64,000 nt of DNA, from the NCBI GenBank assembly GCA_012295275.1, contig CM022678.1, forward strand, positions 4,402,001 to 4,466,000. Direction: 5' to 3'. Position numbers and translations under genes: made by a program. The stretch is from Chrysomallon squamiferum (lineage: Eukaryota; Animalia; Mollusca). The notes beneath the pieces are model-generated. The model was not told the origin of the DNA, made no database searches, and saw only the letters and a program-made list of their open reading frames with translations. Below, piece after piece: positions 1-17,500 of this stretch (position 1 is the first letter of the stretch; the number at the start of each line of letters is the position of its first letter).

Positions 1-945
1 TTATCAAATAACAGCTAATATTAAATGTATTTTGGGTTTTTCTTATTATTAATTTATCCATTAATTTTTTGAGAACTGGCAGCCATGTTGTTTCAGCTAG
101 GAGATGAAAATAAAGTAGACTTAATGATAATGGATCGTCAAACGGCTTAGTGAGCTTTTTTTGCATTTGTCATTCCAACCATGTCCTCTCTCTAGTTTTT
201 TTTTGGGGGACGGGGGGTATTTTTTTTTTTCTTCTTTATTGTTTTTTATAGATAAAACATGAGGTGTACTTTTATATTTGTCCACAAATGAGTTTAAATG
301 TGTAAATGATAGTTTGATAACTGGAAATAAATATTTGAAAATAAAACGTCTCTTGTTTCTAACAAAATACTGTTGGGTTCAAATTTTAATTTCCAGTAAT
401 AGATCATGGTAATTTTGTTATTCTTTTTTCTTTTTTTTTTAATTTTTCTCGAAATGCTAGATGTTGCAAATCTTTTGAAATTCAGTAGTCGAAGAGAATT
501 TTCGTTGTGTCGTTCGAAAGAAGAAAGAAAGAAAAACTAGAAAAAAAGCTGCTTTTTTTTTTTTTACTTTTAGTAGTCTATGATCGAGAAATTAATCAAT
601 GTATTCCAGTAATATCCTCACACAAAGCAAACAAATACATTTTTTTAAAACAGACCCGACAATAGATATAAATCATTTGAGAGCTAATTTTTGGATGTCA
701 TGTAAAAAAAAAGACCACAAATTGATATTTATCGATTTAGAATCACGAAAATTAAATTTCGAGTGGAAACGGAATCGAAATTAGATCTGGTTTTCTTTAT
801 CACCAAACCAAACATGTCTTACCCGTTGAAGATGGCAATCGGTGATCATACACAGAACGTAGCTGTTATTTTTAAGCACATTGATGATGATGATGATGAT
901 GATGATGATGACACCACCACCACAAACAACAACAACAACAACAAC

Positions 946-976
<31 letters not shown>

Positions 977-1334
977 TCAATAGTAATAAATTTGCATCGG
1001 AGCATCTTCAAGTTTCACTATGAAACGATAATGATGTTAGGTTCATGGTGGTTGTTTTCGTTAATGACGAAAGCTCGTTTTAACGATTTCTCTGTAGTTT
1101 TAATGTATTTTGTAATCAAACTGTCAGCGATGCATCAAATTCTTTGGTTTTATTTGTTTTGTTTGTTGTTGTTTGTTGTTTGGTTCTTTTTGTGGGGTTT
1201 TTTGGAATTTTTTAATGGGTTTTTAACCTTTGATCAGTTTGACAAAATTTCATTTTTCTTTCTTCTTTTTGTTATTTCGAGTCTTTTGTTGTTTGGTTTT
1301 TTTTTTTTTTTTTTTTTTTTTTGTTCCATTTTGT

Positions 1335-3860
<2,526 letters not shown>

Positions 3861-3889
3861 AAGAAACTGAAAAAAAAAAATAATAATAA

Positions 3890-3941
<52 letters not shown>

Positions 3942-4636
3942 TAAAAATAAAATAAAAATAAAATAAAATAAAATAAAATAAAATAAAATAAAATAAAATA
4001 AAATAAAATAAAATAAATAAATATTTAAATAAATTATTTAATAAACACATTTCTTTTTTATGACTGACCTAAAGAGCATTTTTTACATTTTTTCTTGTTC
4101 TCTTTTCATTTTCTTTTTCTTTCTTTCTTTCACTTCATTTTATTTTTATCTATATCGAATAAAATTTCTCACTATGTCCATTTATTTTAACTTAATTCAT
4201 TCATATTATTATTACGAAATAATAATTAATCTTATAGTTATTTCATCATCATCATCGTTATTATTATTATCATCGTCGTCAGCATCATCATTATTATCAT
4301 CGTCAACACCATCATTATCTTCATCATTGTTATTGTTATTATTACATTTCACACGAAATTAATTGATGTATATATATATATATATATGTATTCTATCCTC
4401 AAGTGATGTTTCAAATATAGGAAATATGATATTCATTAATTATTCAGATTTGTGTATTACATCATTAGGCTGACAACAATAGATTAAGGAAAAACAATAT
4501 ATATATGATTACTTTATTTAGATTAAAAATATTTTATCGGTATCAGCGTAACTGAAAATGGTAACAGGAATATGGGAAATTATTGTCTGTTCTGATATTT
4601 TCATTACTGCAGTCAGTAACAATAGCCCCAAGGTTA

Positions 4637-4672
<36 letters not shown>

Positions 4673-4878
4673 TACTATTATTTTTATTATTATTATTATT
4701 ATTATTATTACTACTATTATTTTTATTATTACCATTTTGATGTTCTTATTTTGTTTTTGTTTTTTATTCTTTTGAATATTGTTCTTTTTTCTTCTTTCTT
4801 TTTCTTCTTTTTTCTTCTTTCGTTTTCTTCTTTTTTCTTACTTTATTGTTGTTGTTGTTGCTGCTGCTGCTGTTGTTT

Positions 4879-4922
<44 letters not shown>

Positions 4923-5849
4923 ACAGTGAGTCTGTTTTCATAGCTTTTTTCCATGTATTTGGTTTCTTCTTCTTCTTCTTCTCCTTCTTCTTTCTTTGTC
5001 TTTTCATTATGCAATCAAATTTATAATTCATATATCTCGACTTCATATACACACGTACGATAAAATACACACACACACACACGCATGCAAACATACGCAC
5101 ACGATTAAGAAATAAACTCACACACATCGTTTTATTGACAAACCTGAACATCAGAAACAGTGGCAGAGAAAACGTGTTTCGATCAACTGAAAATACAAGC
5201 TCATCATTTCTGGGTATACAACATATGCGTTTGAGTTATCTACCCTTGGCAAATGTTAGTGTGTTAGTATATTACGAATTTAAATTAGAGGACAAAAATC
5301 TACTGACTTTATAACACATTAATAATAAGAACCTGAACAGAGCCGGAACAGAGAACCGATCCCCGTACATTACAATCATCATACTGGCGACTTAACTTTG
5401 TAAAAAAAATAATAATAATAATAATAAAAATTACCTTGATTGTTGTCTTCGTATTGTCGTTTTCGTTATTTTCTCTACAAATGCACAAAGCAAAGCGTCA
5501 TCCATAATTTATGCTAGAAGAATCGTCGACGTTTATAATTTACGAACTCTCCTGTATATCGTTGTCAAACGACTACGTCGTATACGTCAACAGTCCCCAG
5601 ATACATCAGTGCAGTGTAAATTATTGAGTGTTCTTGTGAAATGAAATTATGCCTTAGTGTGAAGCTTTTGTGTGAAATTTTGTTCATCAAAATATTTAAT
5701 TCCTTTGATGATGTGCTCCAGTGAGAATAGGGAAAGGATGGAATAAGATAAAGTGTTGAGGGGAAAGTTTTAGTTCAGGCGAAATGAATTTCAGTAATTG
5801 ACAATTTTCGTTGTCGTCGTCGTCGTTATTGTTATTATTATTATTAGTG

Positions 5850-5962
<113 letters not shown>

Positions 5963-7333
5963 TGTAGTAGTAGTAGTAGAGGTAGTAGTAGTAGTAGTAG
6001 TAGTAGAAGTAGTAGTAGTAGAAGTAGTAGTAATAGTATCACTATAAGCAACAATAATAGCACTAGTAGTAGTAATAATAATATTACTGTTTTAGTGGTG
6101 GCAGTTGCAGTTGTTGTTGTAGTAGTAGTAACAGTGAGAACAGTAGTAGTTGTGGTACTAGTTATGTAATGGTAGAGACGGTGCTTCTTTCTGGTGGTAG
6201 TAATAGTAGTTTAGACGTAGTGGTTGTATTAGTAATAATAGTGGCAGCAATAGTAATATTAGTATTATAGTTGTTGTTATAGAAATATTAAAAACATTAG
6301 AAGCAGTAGCAATAGCAGCAGTTGTGGTAGTAGTAATAGTAATAGTAGTAGCAGTAGTACACACACACACTCACACACATATACTTTTTTTATTATTATT
6401 ATTTTTTTTTATTATTATTATTTTTTTTTTTTTATCCAATCATCATCGATATTATTGTGCACTTCCGTACTACGCTCAGTAGCGAACTGACTTCCTGTTT
6501 GAAATGTATGACTTTATTTGATTGCCCTTCCGCGTCTGACGACTTTTCATTTACACAAGTCCCAGGGACAAGATGAGCTGTCACTTTCTTACAAACCTCC
6601 CAACAATTCGCTCTCAGCTCGGCTGTCAAACAAAAATCTACAAACTAAAAAAATTATTTCACAAACAAAAAAAAAAAAAAAAAAAAAAAAAAAACAGTCC
6701 ATAAAATTTCACTCAGAACTGGACAGATATCTAAATTACAATTTCATTTCATACATCAACATCAACAACGACGACAACGACGACGTTGTTATACGGTGCA
6801 GTCGCAAGGCGGTGACAGGTTCTGTGTTCTGGTTCGTGTACGGCTTCTGAAATTCGGTGTCTGTACAAGAGTTAATGGAGCTCGTGACAGGTTCTGTCAT
6901 TTTTCCGTGAAACGTTTTTTATTTATCGGTTGATAGGGTCTGATCACATTTGTGCTTGTCACGTGAACGAAGTGGGTTTTTTGTTTTTGTTTTGATTGAC
7001 TGATTTTAAGTTTTGGTATCAAAAACCGGGCCATTGATTCAGCGTGGTTACACTTCAAAGTTCAACAGAGGTGAACTGCGCATAATGCGTTTATGTTTGT
7101 CTTAGTGATAGTTACTTCTCTGCCGCTTCTGTTTCAGTTATTTAGACTAGTGCTAACATAACTAGTACTTCCACTTCTTCCATAATTACTACATTTATTT
7201 TGTTATTGCTACTTTTAATATAACTAATACTGTTCCCACTGCTACTATGATTATTATTATTATTATTGTTACTATTAGTTTTACTATTATTTTTACTGTT
7301 ATTTTTTATTATTAATTCCACTATTAGCATAAA

Positions 7334-7370
<37 letters not shown>

Positions 7371-9287
7371 GCTGTTGCTACTTTAAATATTGCCATTCTA
7401 ATTCAAATACTGCTATAACTATTACTATAAATGTTATTGATATTACATTTATTGCTATATCTAATACTACTGTTACTATTGTCATCATTGTCCTAATTAT
7501 TATTACTATTATTGTCACTTTCACTAATACCATTATTACTACTAAAATTACTATTATTGTGATTGTAATCGTTACTTCTAGTACTAGTATTATCACTACC
7601 ATATCTGTCCTATATTTATTTATTTATTGATTTGTTTGTTTGTTTTGTGTTTTGTTTTTGTTTGTTTTTCTTTATTTATCTATTTAATTTTATTAATCAA
7701 TTCATTCATTCATTCATTTATTCATTCGTTCGTAGTTCATTCCTTTATTTGTCTATTTATTTATTTACTTATTTGTTATTTATTTACTTACTTACTTACT
7801 TATTTTTTATTATATTTATCTTTTTATAATTTATTTATTTAGCTTTTATTTTTTTTTTTTTTTTTTATCTATTGATTTATTGATTTATTTATTTATTTTT
7901 ATTTTTTTTTTTTTTAGCTTTTTATTTTTATTATTATTTCTTTTTTTATCTTTTTACTTATTTATTTATTTATTTTTTTTTTCTCTAAACATTTTGCCTT
8001 ACGTCAGCTCAGCATCTTTTAACAACAACTGAAACACGTCTCTAACTAAGTTAGCGGTTGATGACCAATTTCACATTCCAGACCAGCGCTCGTTTCTGCT
8101 AATAACATTTCATGTACGACTACACTGTCAGATTTTACCGTTGTATGAAAAAAAAAAAAAAAAAAAATTAAGTAAATAATACGCCATCTGGAAGAACTTA
8201 ATTATGCAGTATACATGAATTCCTTTAGTTAATTACAGACAGATTTAATTAAATCACGGAACATATGAAAAAAAAAAAAAAAAAAATGTGAGGTTTGATG
8301 GAGCAGAAGTTTTATTTTCGTTTTTGTTGTAAACAATATACGTGGACTGTTCACGATGAAAATAAATATAAGGAAGGAAGTAAAGAAGGACAGCATGATT
8401 GAATGAATAAATGAATGAGTGAATGAATGAATAAGTGAATCAGTGAATGAAAGAATGAAGTATTTGATGGTATAAGCAAGGAAGGAAAGGTTGATAGGAG
8501 GAATAAAGGAAAAGAACGAGTGAGTGAAAGAATGAATTGACGAATGGACTAATGAATGAATGAATGAACGAAAGAAAGAAATCAGCATAGAAGGAATAAA
8601 GTGGGGGAAAAAGGATGATGGTAGGAAAGAATTAGCAATGCGTGAACGAAGGAATAAAGGAAGAAACGAAAGTTCAGAAAGGAAGAAAAACTGGAATGAA
8701 TAAAAATTTAATGAATGACGGAATGAACGAATAGGTTCCCCTACTTCTGTAGACATTTTAATATCACATTTATGCATGTCGACATAAAAAGAAGCAAATA
8801 TTTTACCATCCTTACGTAACGCCGGCTGCACTATTTTCCATCAACGTGATTTCCACTGTCTGATAAAGTACCAGTTTGATCCTCTGCACTTTTCACTCCA
8901 GTGTAACATTATCAAGTCTCGTTTACACTGGTTTGTCTTAGCTCTACTTCTTTACTTGTACTAATAGCAATACTGCTACTACTCCTACAACAACTACGAC
9001 TACTACTACTACTAGTAGAAATGGTAACAGTAGTAGTACTACTGTTTGTACTATAATTACTATGGTATTATTGAAGCTCATGCAGAGAAACAGACACACA
9101 GACACACACACACAAACAACTCACTTAAATAGCTAAAAAAAAAATAAAGTATCACACGAAATGACTTTGTTTTAACGGACCTTAAATCACATTACAAACC
9201 TTCAGTCTTCGAAAAACAGAAAACACAAATAAAGAATATTAGATTGTTTACCAACAAATAAACAAGCAGTCCACCTCGGATTTCGCA

Positions 9288-9349
9288 ATGACCATCTCAC
9301 CGGTCATTTAATTGGTCATCTAACTGGTCATCTGACTGGTCATCTAACC
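9288..9349. repeat. 12-bp tandem repeat (GGTCATCTAACT-like, four copies)
   Basis: GGTCA at 9302, 9314, 9326 and 9338, preceded by an inverted ATGACC at 9288. Confidence 0.8.
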
Positions 9350-9574
9350 AGCAATCCCATGTAAAATCTCAGAGTGACAAGGTGACGTAGGCGAATGAAG
9401 AAAAGCAGAGAAGGTGATGATTATATACGTCGTCCGTTATTAGAAGTAAAAACCAATAAGAAAATGTCGCGATTCTTTCTGAGACAAGTCTAATCCTCTT
9501 CAGGATTTTCTCAAATAACTGTGAACCTTCTTAACACTAGAGCTTGGTCTACAGACCGCGACATTGTTTCTCAG

Positions 9575-10020
9575 TATATCAGACAGTGGGTCTAGATATA
9601 ATAGACAATGACTGAAGATATATTAGCAATGGCTCGAGATATATTAGACAGTATGTCTAGATATATTAGACAGTGTGTCTAAATATATTAGACAATGAGT
9701 CTTGTTACAATAGACAATGAGTCTTGTTACAACAGACAATGAGTCTTGTTACAATAGACTCTAAGTCTAGTTATATTAGACAATGAGTCGTTATAATAAA
9801 CAGTGAGTCAAGGTATATTAGACAACGAGTCTAGATATATTCGACAATGAGTCAAGACAATGAGTCTTGTTATATTAGACAATGAGTCGTTTTAATAGAG
9901 AGTGAGTCTTGTTATAATAGACAATAAGTCTAGTTATATTAGACAATAAGTCTAGATATAAGAGAGAGCGAGTCTAAACATATTGGATAATGAGTCTACA
10001 TATACCAGACAGTAGTCTAA
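9575..10020. repeat. 22-bp minisatellite (consensus approximately TATATTAGACAATGAGTCTAGA, about 20 copies)
   Basis: Head-to-tail units such as tatattagacagtatgtctaga / tatattagacagtgtgtctaaa / tatattagacaatgagtcttgt, with no unique spacers. Confidence 0.9.
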
Positions 10021-10358
10021 CACATCGTGTTTAACTAGGATCCTTGTGACCCAGTTTGTTAATTCTCCAGTTCACACGCCTAAGTATTCTGTTTGTTCAG
10101 AAGAAGCGATGATGAAATTTTCTGTTTTGCTTTCTTCACAGAGTGACACAGACTACTTGGTCAAGATCCTTTCAAAGCTCGTCTGCAGAACAAATGAAAA
10201 ATATGTGGTGTTGTTTTGTCACGGAGAAAAGCCTTCAAGGACACTTAGCTATATAAACAGAGAGCACGAAATGAATAAACAAAGGTTAGTCGATCTACAG
10301 GACGAGTTGGGTTAATTTGTTCTGTAAAAGAATATGAAATGAGATGAATATGAGAGAT

Positions 10359-11305
<947 letters not shown>

Positions 11306-11724
11306 TCTTAAAGTGTGTAAAGGTCACAGTTTTACGTTCTTAATGACGACATTATTTATACAGGGGCGGAAATGTCATAACAAATTTGATACATTTGTCT
11401 TTCATATAATGCTTTCGGCAAGATGGCAGATATTTTCTAATACAGAGAGTGATAGCTGTTGTTGTAATGCTACTTGTAGTTGCAGCAGTAATGGTTAGTT
11501 TTAGCAGCAGAAGCAACGTCAACAGAACTAGGACCTTGTTGTAGTATTTTGCCACGTACACACGCAAGAACGCACACACACACACACATTTATATGTTGT
11601 TGTTTTTTTAATTATTTTTTTATGCATTTTCTACGAACTTTTTCCTTTTGTTTGTTTTTAATTAATTATAATTAACACCAATTAATTAATAATACACAGA
11701 TATACATTTATATGTATTTCTTTT

Positions 11725-11763
<39 letters not shown>

Positions 11764-12264
11764 TTTCAAATTTTTTTCTAAATTTACTACATTTTTATCA
11801 AAAATACTTAACACTATCAGACAGATATTTAAAACTACGTATCGGTTACTGTGTATCACTAAACCTGATTATTTCGCTAATTCAGATTAATTCAGATTAA
11901 TTCTAATCTCGTCTACACATGTCTCTGATTATCTTTCATTTGCACATTTACCAGACAGAACATGTCACAGGTGTTAACCCTGTAGAACATTGACATTTAT
12001 TTTATTTTATTTTATTTTATTTTATTTTATTTTATTTTATTTTATTTTTTATTTTTTATTTTTTTTTTATTTTTTTTTTCTCATTGTCATATTAAGTGTA
12101 CTAATTAAAAATGATACACTGATGTCGTCACTGTAGTCGTGTTACATCTTTTTTTCATTGTCGTCGTCGTTGTTGTTGTTGTTTCTTACTAGTTGTGTCG
12201 CCGTTGTTAAATATTTTTACGTAAATTATCTTTGTTGATACCTCTACAAGTAACTTTCTTTGAC

Positions 12265-12460
12265 GTTTTTTTCATTGTTTGTTTCTTTATAAACTTTAAT
12301 TACTACTTTTAATAGTAAACGTATTTTTTCTTTTTTTTTTTACATTTTTTTTCATTGTTTGTTTTTTTAAACTTTAATTACTACTTTTAATAATAAACGT
12401 ATTTTTTTTTCTATTTTTTTTTTTTACATTTTTTTTAATTATTTGTTTCTTTATAATTAC
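12265..12460. repeat. Short tandem duplication (~77-bp unit, about 2.5 copies)
   Basis: ttttttcattgtttgttt...aaactttaattactacttttaata(g/a)taaacgtattttttt is repeated. Confidence 0.75.
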
Positions 12461-13174
12461 TACGTATAATTATATACATCATTTAATATATCTGTCTTTC
12501 TAATAGTGTATGTTCTGTAGGCAGTGGCAACAGTTCTAGCGATCGAATTAGTTAATTGATTCAACTGTCTATCGTGTCTTGTCAGTTTATAAACACACAA
12601 GGGAAAAAAAAAGGCTTAAAAGAAACTAATGTCAGGGCAATTAATCATTTTTTAAAGTCTGTGAAAAGTCAGGGTTTTTTTTTTTCAAGACTTCGACGTT
12701 CGATGTCGCATTTTTTAATCAAACGAGACCGATGTAAAATTTTTACAACTGTGTAATTTGGTTTTTCTTTTTCTTTCTTTCTTTTTCCTTGTTTTCGTTT
12801 TATTTTATTTTATTTTATTTTATTATTATTATTTTTTTTAAATTGCTCCAATATTGTTTCAGTGAAAAGTGACATGAAAATGTGATAGGAAAAAAGAAAC
12901 GATTTTATGTCATTTGTTCTAAATGTTCGTCTTGTCTGTCTGTCTATCACTCTGTCTGTCTCTCTTTCTCTGTGACTCTCTGTGACTCTCTCTCTCTTTC
13001 TCTCTCTTTCATTCTCTCTCTCTCTCTGTGTGTCTCTCTCTGTGTCTCTCTCTGTCTCTCTCTCTCTGTGTGTGTCTTTCTCTGTATATCTCTTTCTCTG
13101 TGTCTCTGAGTCTTTCTTTCTCTCTCTATCTCTCTCTGTGTCTCTGTGTCTCTCTCTCTTTCTCTCTCTCTCTT

Positions 13175-13205
<31 letters not shown>

Positions 13206-13242
13206 GTCACTCTCTCTATATATATATCTCTCTCGTTGTCTT

Positions 13243-13299
<57 letters not shown>

Positions 13300-14098
13300 C
13301 TCTTTGTTATTTGATTTAAGATGACCTAACCTAGATAAACTACAATGAACATCGATACCAGATTATTTTTGTATTTTCAGTGCTGTTCTTTTTTTTCTTT
13401 CTTTTTTTCTTTCTTTTTTTCTTTTCGTTCCCTTACGGCAATCCAGGCTTGTCACTTGTCAAGAAAGAAAATTACAAAACATAAATAAATAATTAACGCT
13501 AAACAAATAAGCCTCAGTAAAGTTGAAAGATAAGAGTTTGTGAATAATTTGACAACTAATTATCTTCCACGTAGAAGTGATATTTGTTCAAGCGTAACCG
13601 AAGCGACAAAGAGTTTTGACTTCGCTTACATTAGATATCTGTGACAAGAAAATAATTCGTAATAGCCGAGGTGAAGGATTTCATAAAGTAAATAAAATAA
13701 AATAGATAAAGCGAAATATAGTTAATAGAACAGAATAGAATAGAATAGAATAGAATAGAATAAATAAAATAAAACAGATTAAAATATAAAAAAATAAAAA
13801 AATAAAATAAAAAATAATAAAAAATAAAATAAAAAATAATAAAATGGATCAAAATAGAATAGAATAATAAATAAATAAATTAAAACATTTTAATCCATGT
13901 TGTTGTCGTAATTGATTATTATTGGAAAAAAATTATTATAAAAATTACATAAAATTATTATTAGTACTAAATTATAAATTCCCACAAATACAAAGGACAT
14001 GGCTGCAGTTATATATCATGATTCAGCCAGACTTTATGGAATAATGAACCTTCCCAACATGGAACAGAAAAAGGTCAGGACATAGTCAACATTTTCAA

Positions 14099-14186
<88 letters not shown>

Positions 14187-14782
14187 TCTCTCTCTCTTTC
14201 TCTCTCACTTTACATATTCTAACTGTGGCCCTCCCGAGAATTGATCCTTCTATCTATCGTACGTGACATGGAACAACTGACAATTCATCATCAATTTTTT
14301 TTTAATTATTCAGCCAGTGCAGTAAAAGTGATTTGTCAATTCAACATCCCTTTTTTGCTGACTCTTTCACAAACAGCTGACGAACGCTAAATACAACAAC
14401 AACAACAACAGAAAAAGAAAATATATTGTTAATTATTAACCAAGTCTTTATTAAAACTGCTGAGTTCTCTCCCGTGATTCTGTTCACAAATGTGACGTCT
14501 TTGTCGCTGAAAGATTAAAGCAACAAAGAATGTTGCAGAAGAAAAAGAAAAAAGATGATGTGGGCCTTGAAATGAACGAATAATTGATGTGACGACGTCA
14601 GCTAATCAAGTGCAGCAGTGCCGTAAGTGCATCACGTGATTTGTTTTTAACAAAAGAAAGAAAGAAAGAAAGAAAGAAAAAAAGAATAAAATACTTCCAA
14701 GACCGTTTTGAAAGGCTTTATAGTGTTGTAAATTATACGTTCCTTTTTATTATTTTTTTTAAATTTTCGTTTCTTTTTAATC

Positions 14783-14825
<43 letters not shown>

Positions 14826-15091
14826 TGACGTCCTGATTTGTTTGTCATGCACAGGCATATTATTTCAGTTTCTGTTTCTCTCTTTCTAGTTTGTTATTTT
14901 TGTTTTTATCTCTCTGTTTCATACAGAGAGACAGTTACAAACAGAGGAAGAGAGAGAGACAGAAATATAGTGAGGTATACAAAAAAAAAGTGAAATAATT
15001 TTAGATAGTCTCAGAAAGAAGCAAAGAGAAACAGAGAAAACGATAGAGAAAGAAAAGGGTGGAGAGAGAGAGAGAGAGACAGAGAGAGAGG

Positions 15092-15235
<144 letters not shown>

Positions 15236-16575
15236 AATGGATAAAATTAAAAAGAAACGAAATACACACGAAGAGAGAGAGAGTGATGGACAGACAGCGA
15301 GAGAGAGAGAAAGAGAGAGAGACAAAAAAAATAGCAATGAATGTTAATACCAGTGAATTATAACGTGAACTGATCATTATTATTCACCTAAACCATCACC
15401 AGCTTTACCGCTTCATTAACATTATCAGTATCATCATCAACATCATCATCGATTGTCATCATTGTCTGTCTACCCATCAAATACTGAATTCTAATTACGC
15501 AGTCACAACAAGTGAAATCAATTAACGAGTTTCATACATTCAGTCATGGAATTACGAAATCATACAACATCGCTTACAAACCATTGCGTGATACAAACGT
15601 TTCGAACTCATAATCCAACGATCGATATTTTTTTTTTTTTTTTTTAATGATTACATATCGTGTGCATATCATTTATGTGTACTTCCGATCAAGATTAAAA
15701 GAGAGAAATTCGGGTATGACTGAAGTCAAGGAGATCAAAAGAAACTCGACTGTTTGATTTCACTAAATTTTATTCTCGGTAAGAATTTAAGTATTGGGTA
15801 TATTAGAAAACAGTGTTAACAGGCTTATGTATGTTTATTCATACATGCATATATATACTCATAAATACGTACATACATACATACATACATACATACAACA
15901 GGTGTGACGTCATTTACCTGCCGATCGTCGTTAGCTGTGTAGAGGGAGCCACTTCCGGCGATAACATGAAACATTTATTTGTCACGTGACTTGTAAACGA
16001 ACTCTCGTAACAGCGAGATGTTATTTACAGCATACTCCTTTAAAAAAATAAAAAAAGCATTCAATTTAGCTGTTAAAAATTAATAAGAACCAAATCCCTG
16101 CAGAGATATTCCTATTTGTTTTAACAATTAGTTCGTTGTACATCGACAGAAAGATAGCGGAGATTAAAAAAAAAAAAAAAAAAAAAAAAGAAGGGAAAAA
16201 AAAAAGAACAAAAAAGAAAAAGGTTTGTCTTCTGAAATACGAAATATCTCAGAGGAATGATGCTAGCTGTCAACTACGGTTCAATAAATTCTTGGCTTTT
16301 TAAATGGCTCACAAAAGAAATATTTATATTTGTAAAAAAGTCGCTTAACATTTTGAATTCTTTTTTCTTTTCTTTTATCTTGTTATTTATTCATTGATGT
16401 AACTTAGTGTGATCGGTTAGCTAAGTACGAGAATTTGTGACGTATCGTTTGTGTCTGCTTGATTCTCTTAGGTGTGTGAGAGAACAGAAAACAAGGAAAG
16501 ACAAGAAACGTGGCTTTAGATCAGAAGTTTGATGAGGAATTTTTTTAATTTATCAGACTGGTGTATCAGTTACTG

Positions 16576-16636
<61 letters not shown>

Positions 16637-16639
<3 letters not shown>

Positions 16640-16819
16640 AAAGACTCATTTTTTTACATCACGCTACAGCGCCATAGCTTCGGGACACGTTACCAGTCTA
16701 GTTCAAGTTCACAAACACTCCCTGACAGCGGCGGATCAATAATGTGGAACACAGTGCGGTGACAGTTGAACCTGAAGCCGGGCTTATAAAAAAATATAGC
16801 AAAAATACGTTCTAGTGAT

Positions 16820-16821
<2 letters not shown>
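16637..16821 (+). mobile_element. ~185-bp dispersed repeat (SINE/LINE-tail-like), copy 1, embedded between two (CT)n tracts
   Basis: Near-identical reverse complement of 38901-39084 (e.g. cgggacacgttaccagtctagttcaagttcacaaacactccctgacagcggcggatcaataatgtggaacacagtg). Strand assignment is arbitrary, taking the (CT)n end shared by both copies as 3'. Confidence 0.75.
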
Positions 16822-16887
<66 letters not shown>

Positions 16888-17129
16888 AGGTGGGTTCTTA
16901 CTTTAGAGACTGCGAAGTCTTCAGTCCACAATGACTGCAATGATGGATAAAATGTATTTTTTATGTGGTCTTAACCATCACAAGATGTATAATGATTCTC
17001 GCTAGATGCTACACATCCAGGATGCGACAACAGAACCTTCCTTATAGGTCAGATGAGTAACCTAATTGCACTGTGCTTTATGGCTGTAACAGTCTATGCC
17101 ATGTAGTGAGAAAACCAGACGCTAAAAAC

Positions 17130-17500
17130 CTTGGTTAGTATGTTAGTTAATTAGCAGCTTGAGATATCGCTCAGAACTTTGTTAGTATATATTAATGAGA
17201 TATTGCTCAAAACAGTGATTCGTGTGTTAGGTTATGAGTAGCCTCGGAATCTGCTCAGTGTCAGTGTGTTAGTAGCTGAAAATGTTGCTCAAAACAATAT
17301 TAGGATTTCAGTTAGTAATCTGAGACACTGCTCAGTACTAATGTGTCACTAACTTGACATACTGCTCAAAACAGTGATAGCGTGTTAGATTATTAATAGC
17401 CCTGAGGTATTGATCAAAACAGTATGTTAGTTTATTTCTAGTCTGAAATAGTTTTGTGTTATTGGAAACTCGAGATATGGTCAGCACAGAGTTAGCGTGA
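17130..17500. repeat. Degenerate minisatellite, ~35-45-bp unit, core GAGATATTGCTCAAAACAGT..GTTAG
   Basis: Recurrent gagatatcgctcagaac / gagatattgctcaaaacagt / tgttgctcaaaacaat / gagacactgctcagt / actgctcaaaacagt / gtattgatcaaaacagt. Confidence 0.7.

Noticed and set aside
9575-10020. CRISPR-like array
   Set aside because: The units abut without unique spacers, there are no cas genes, and the context is eukaryotic. It is a minisatellite.
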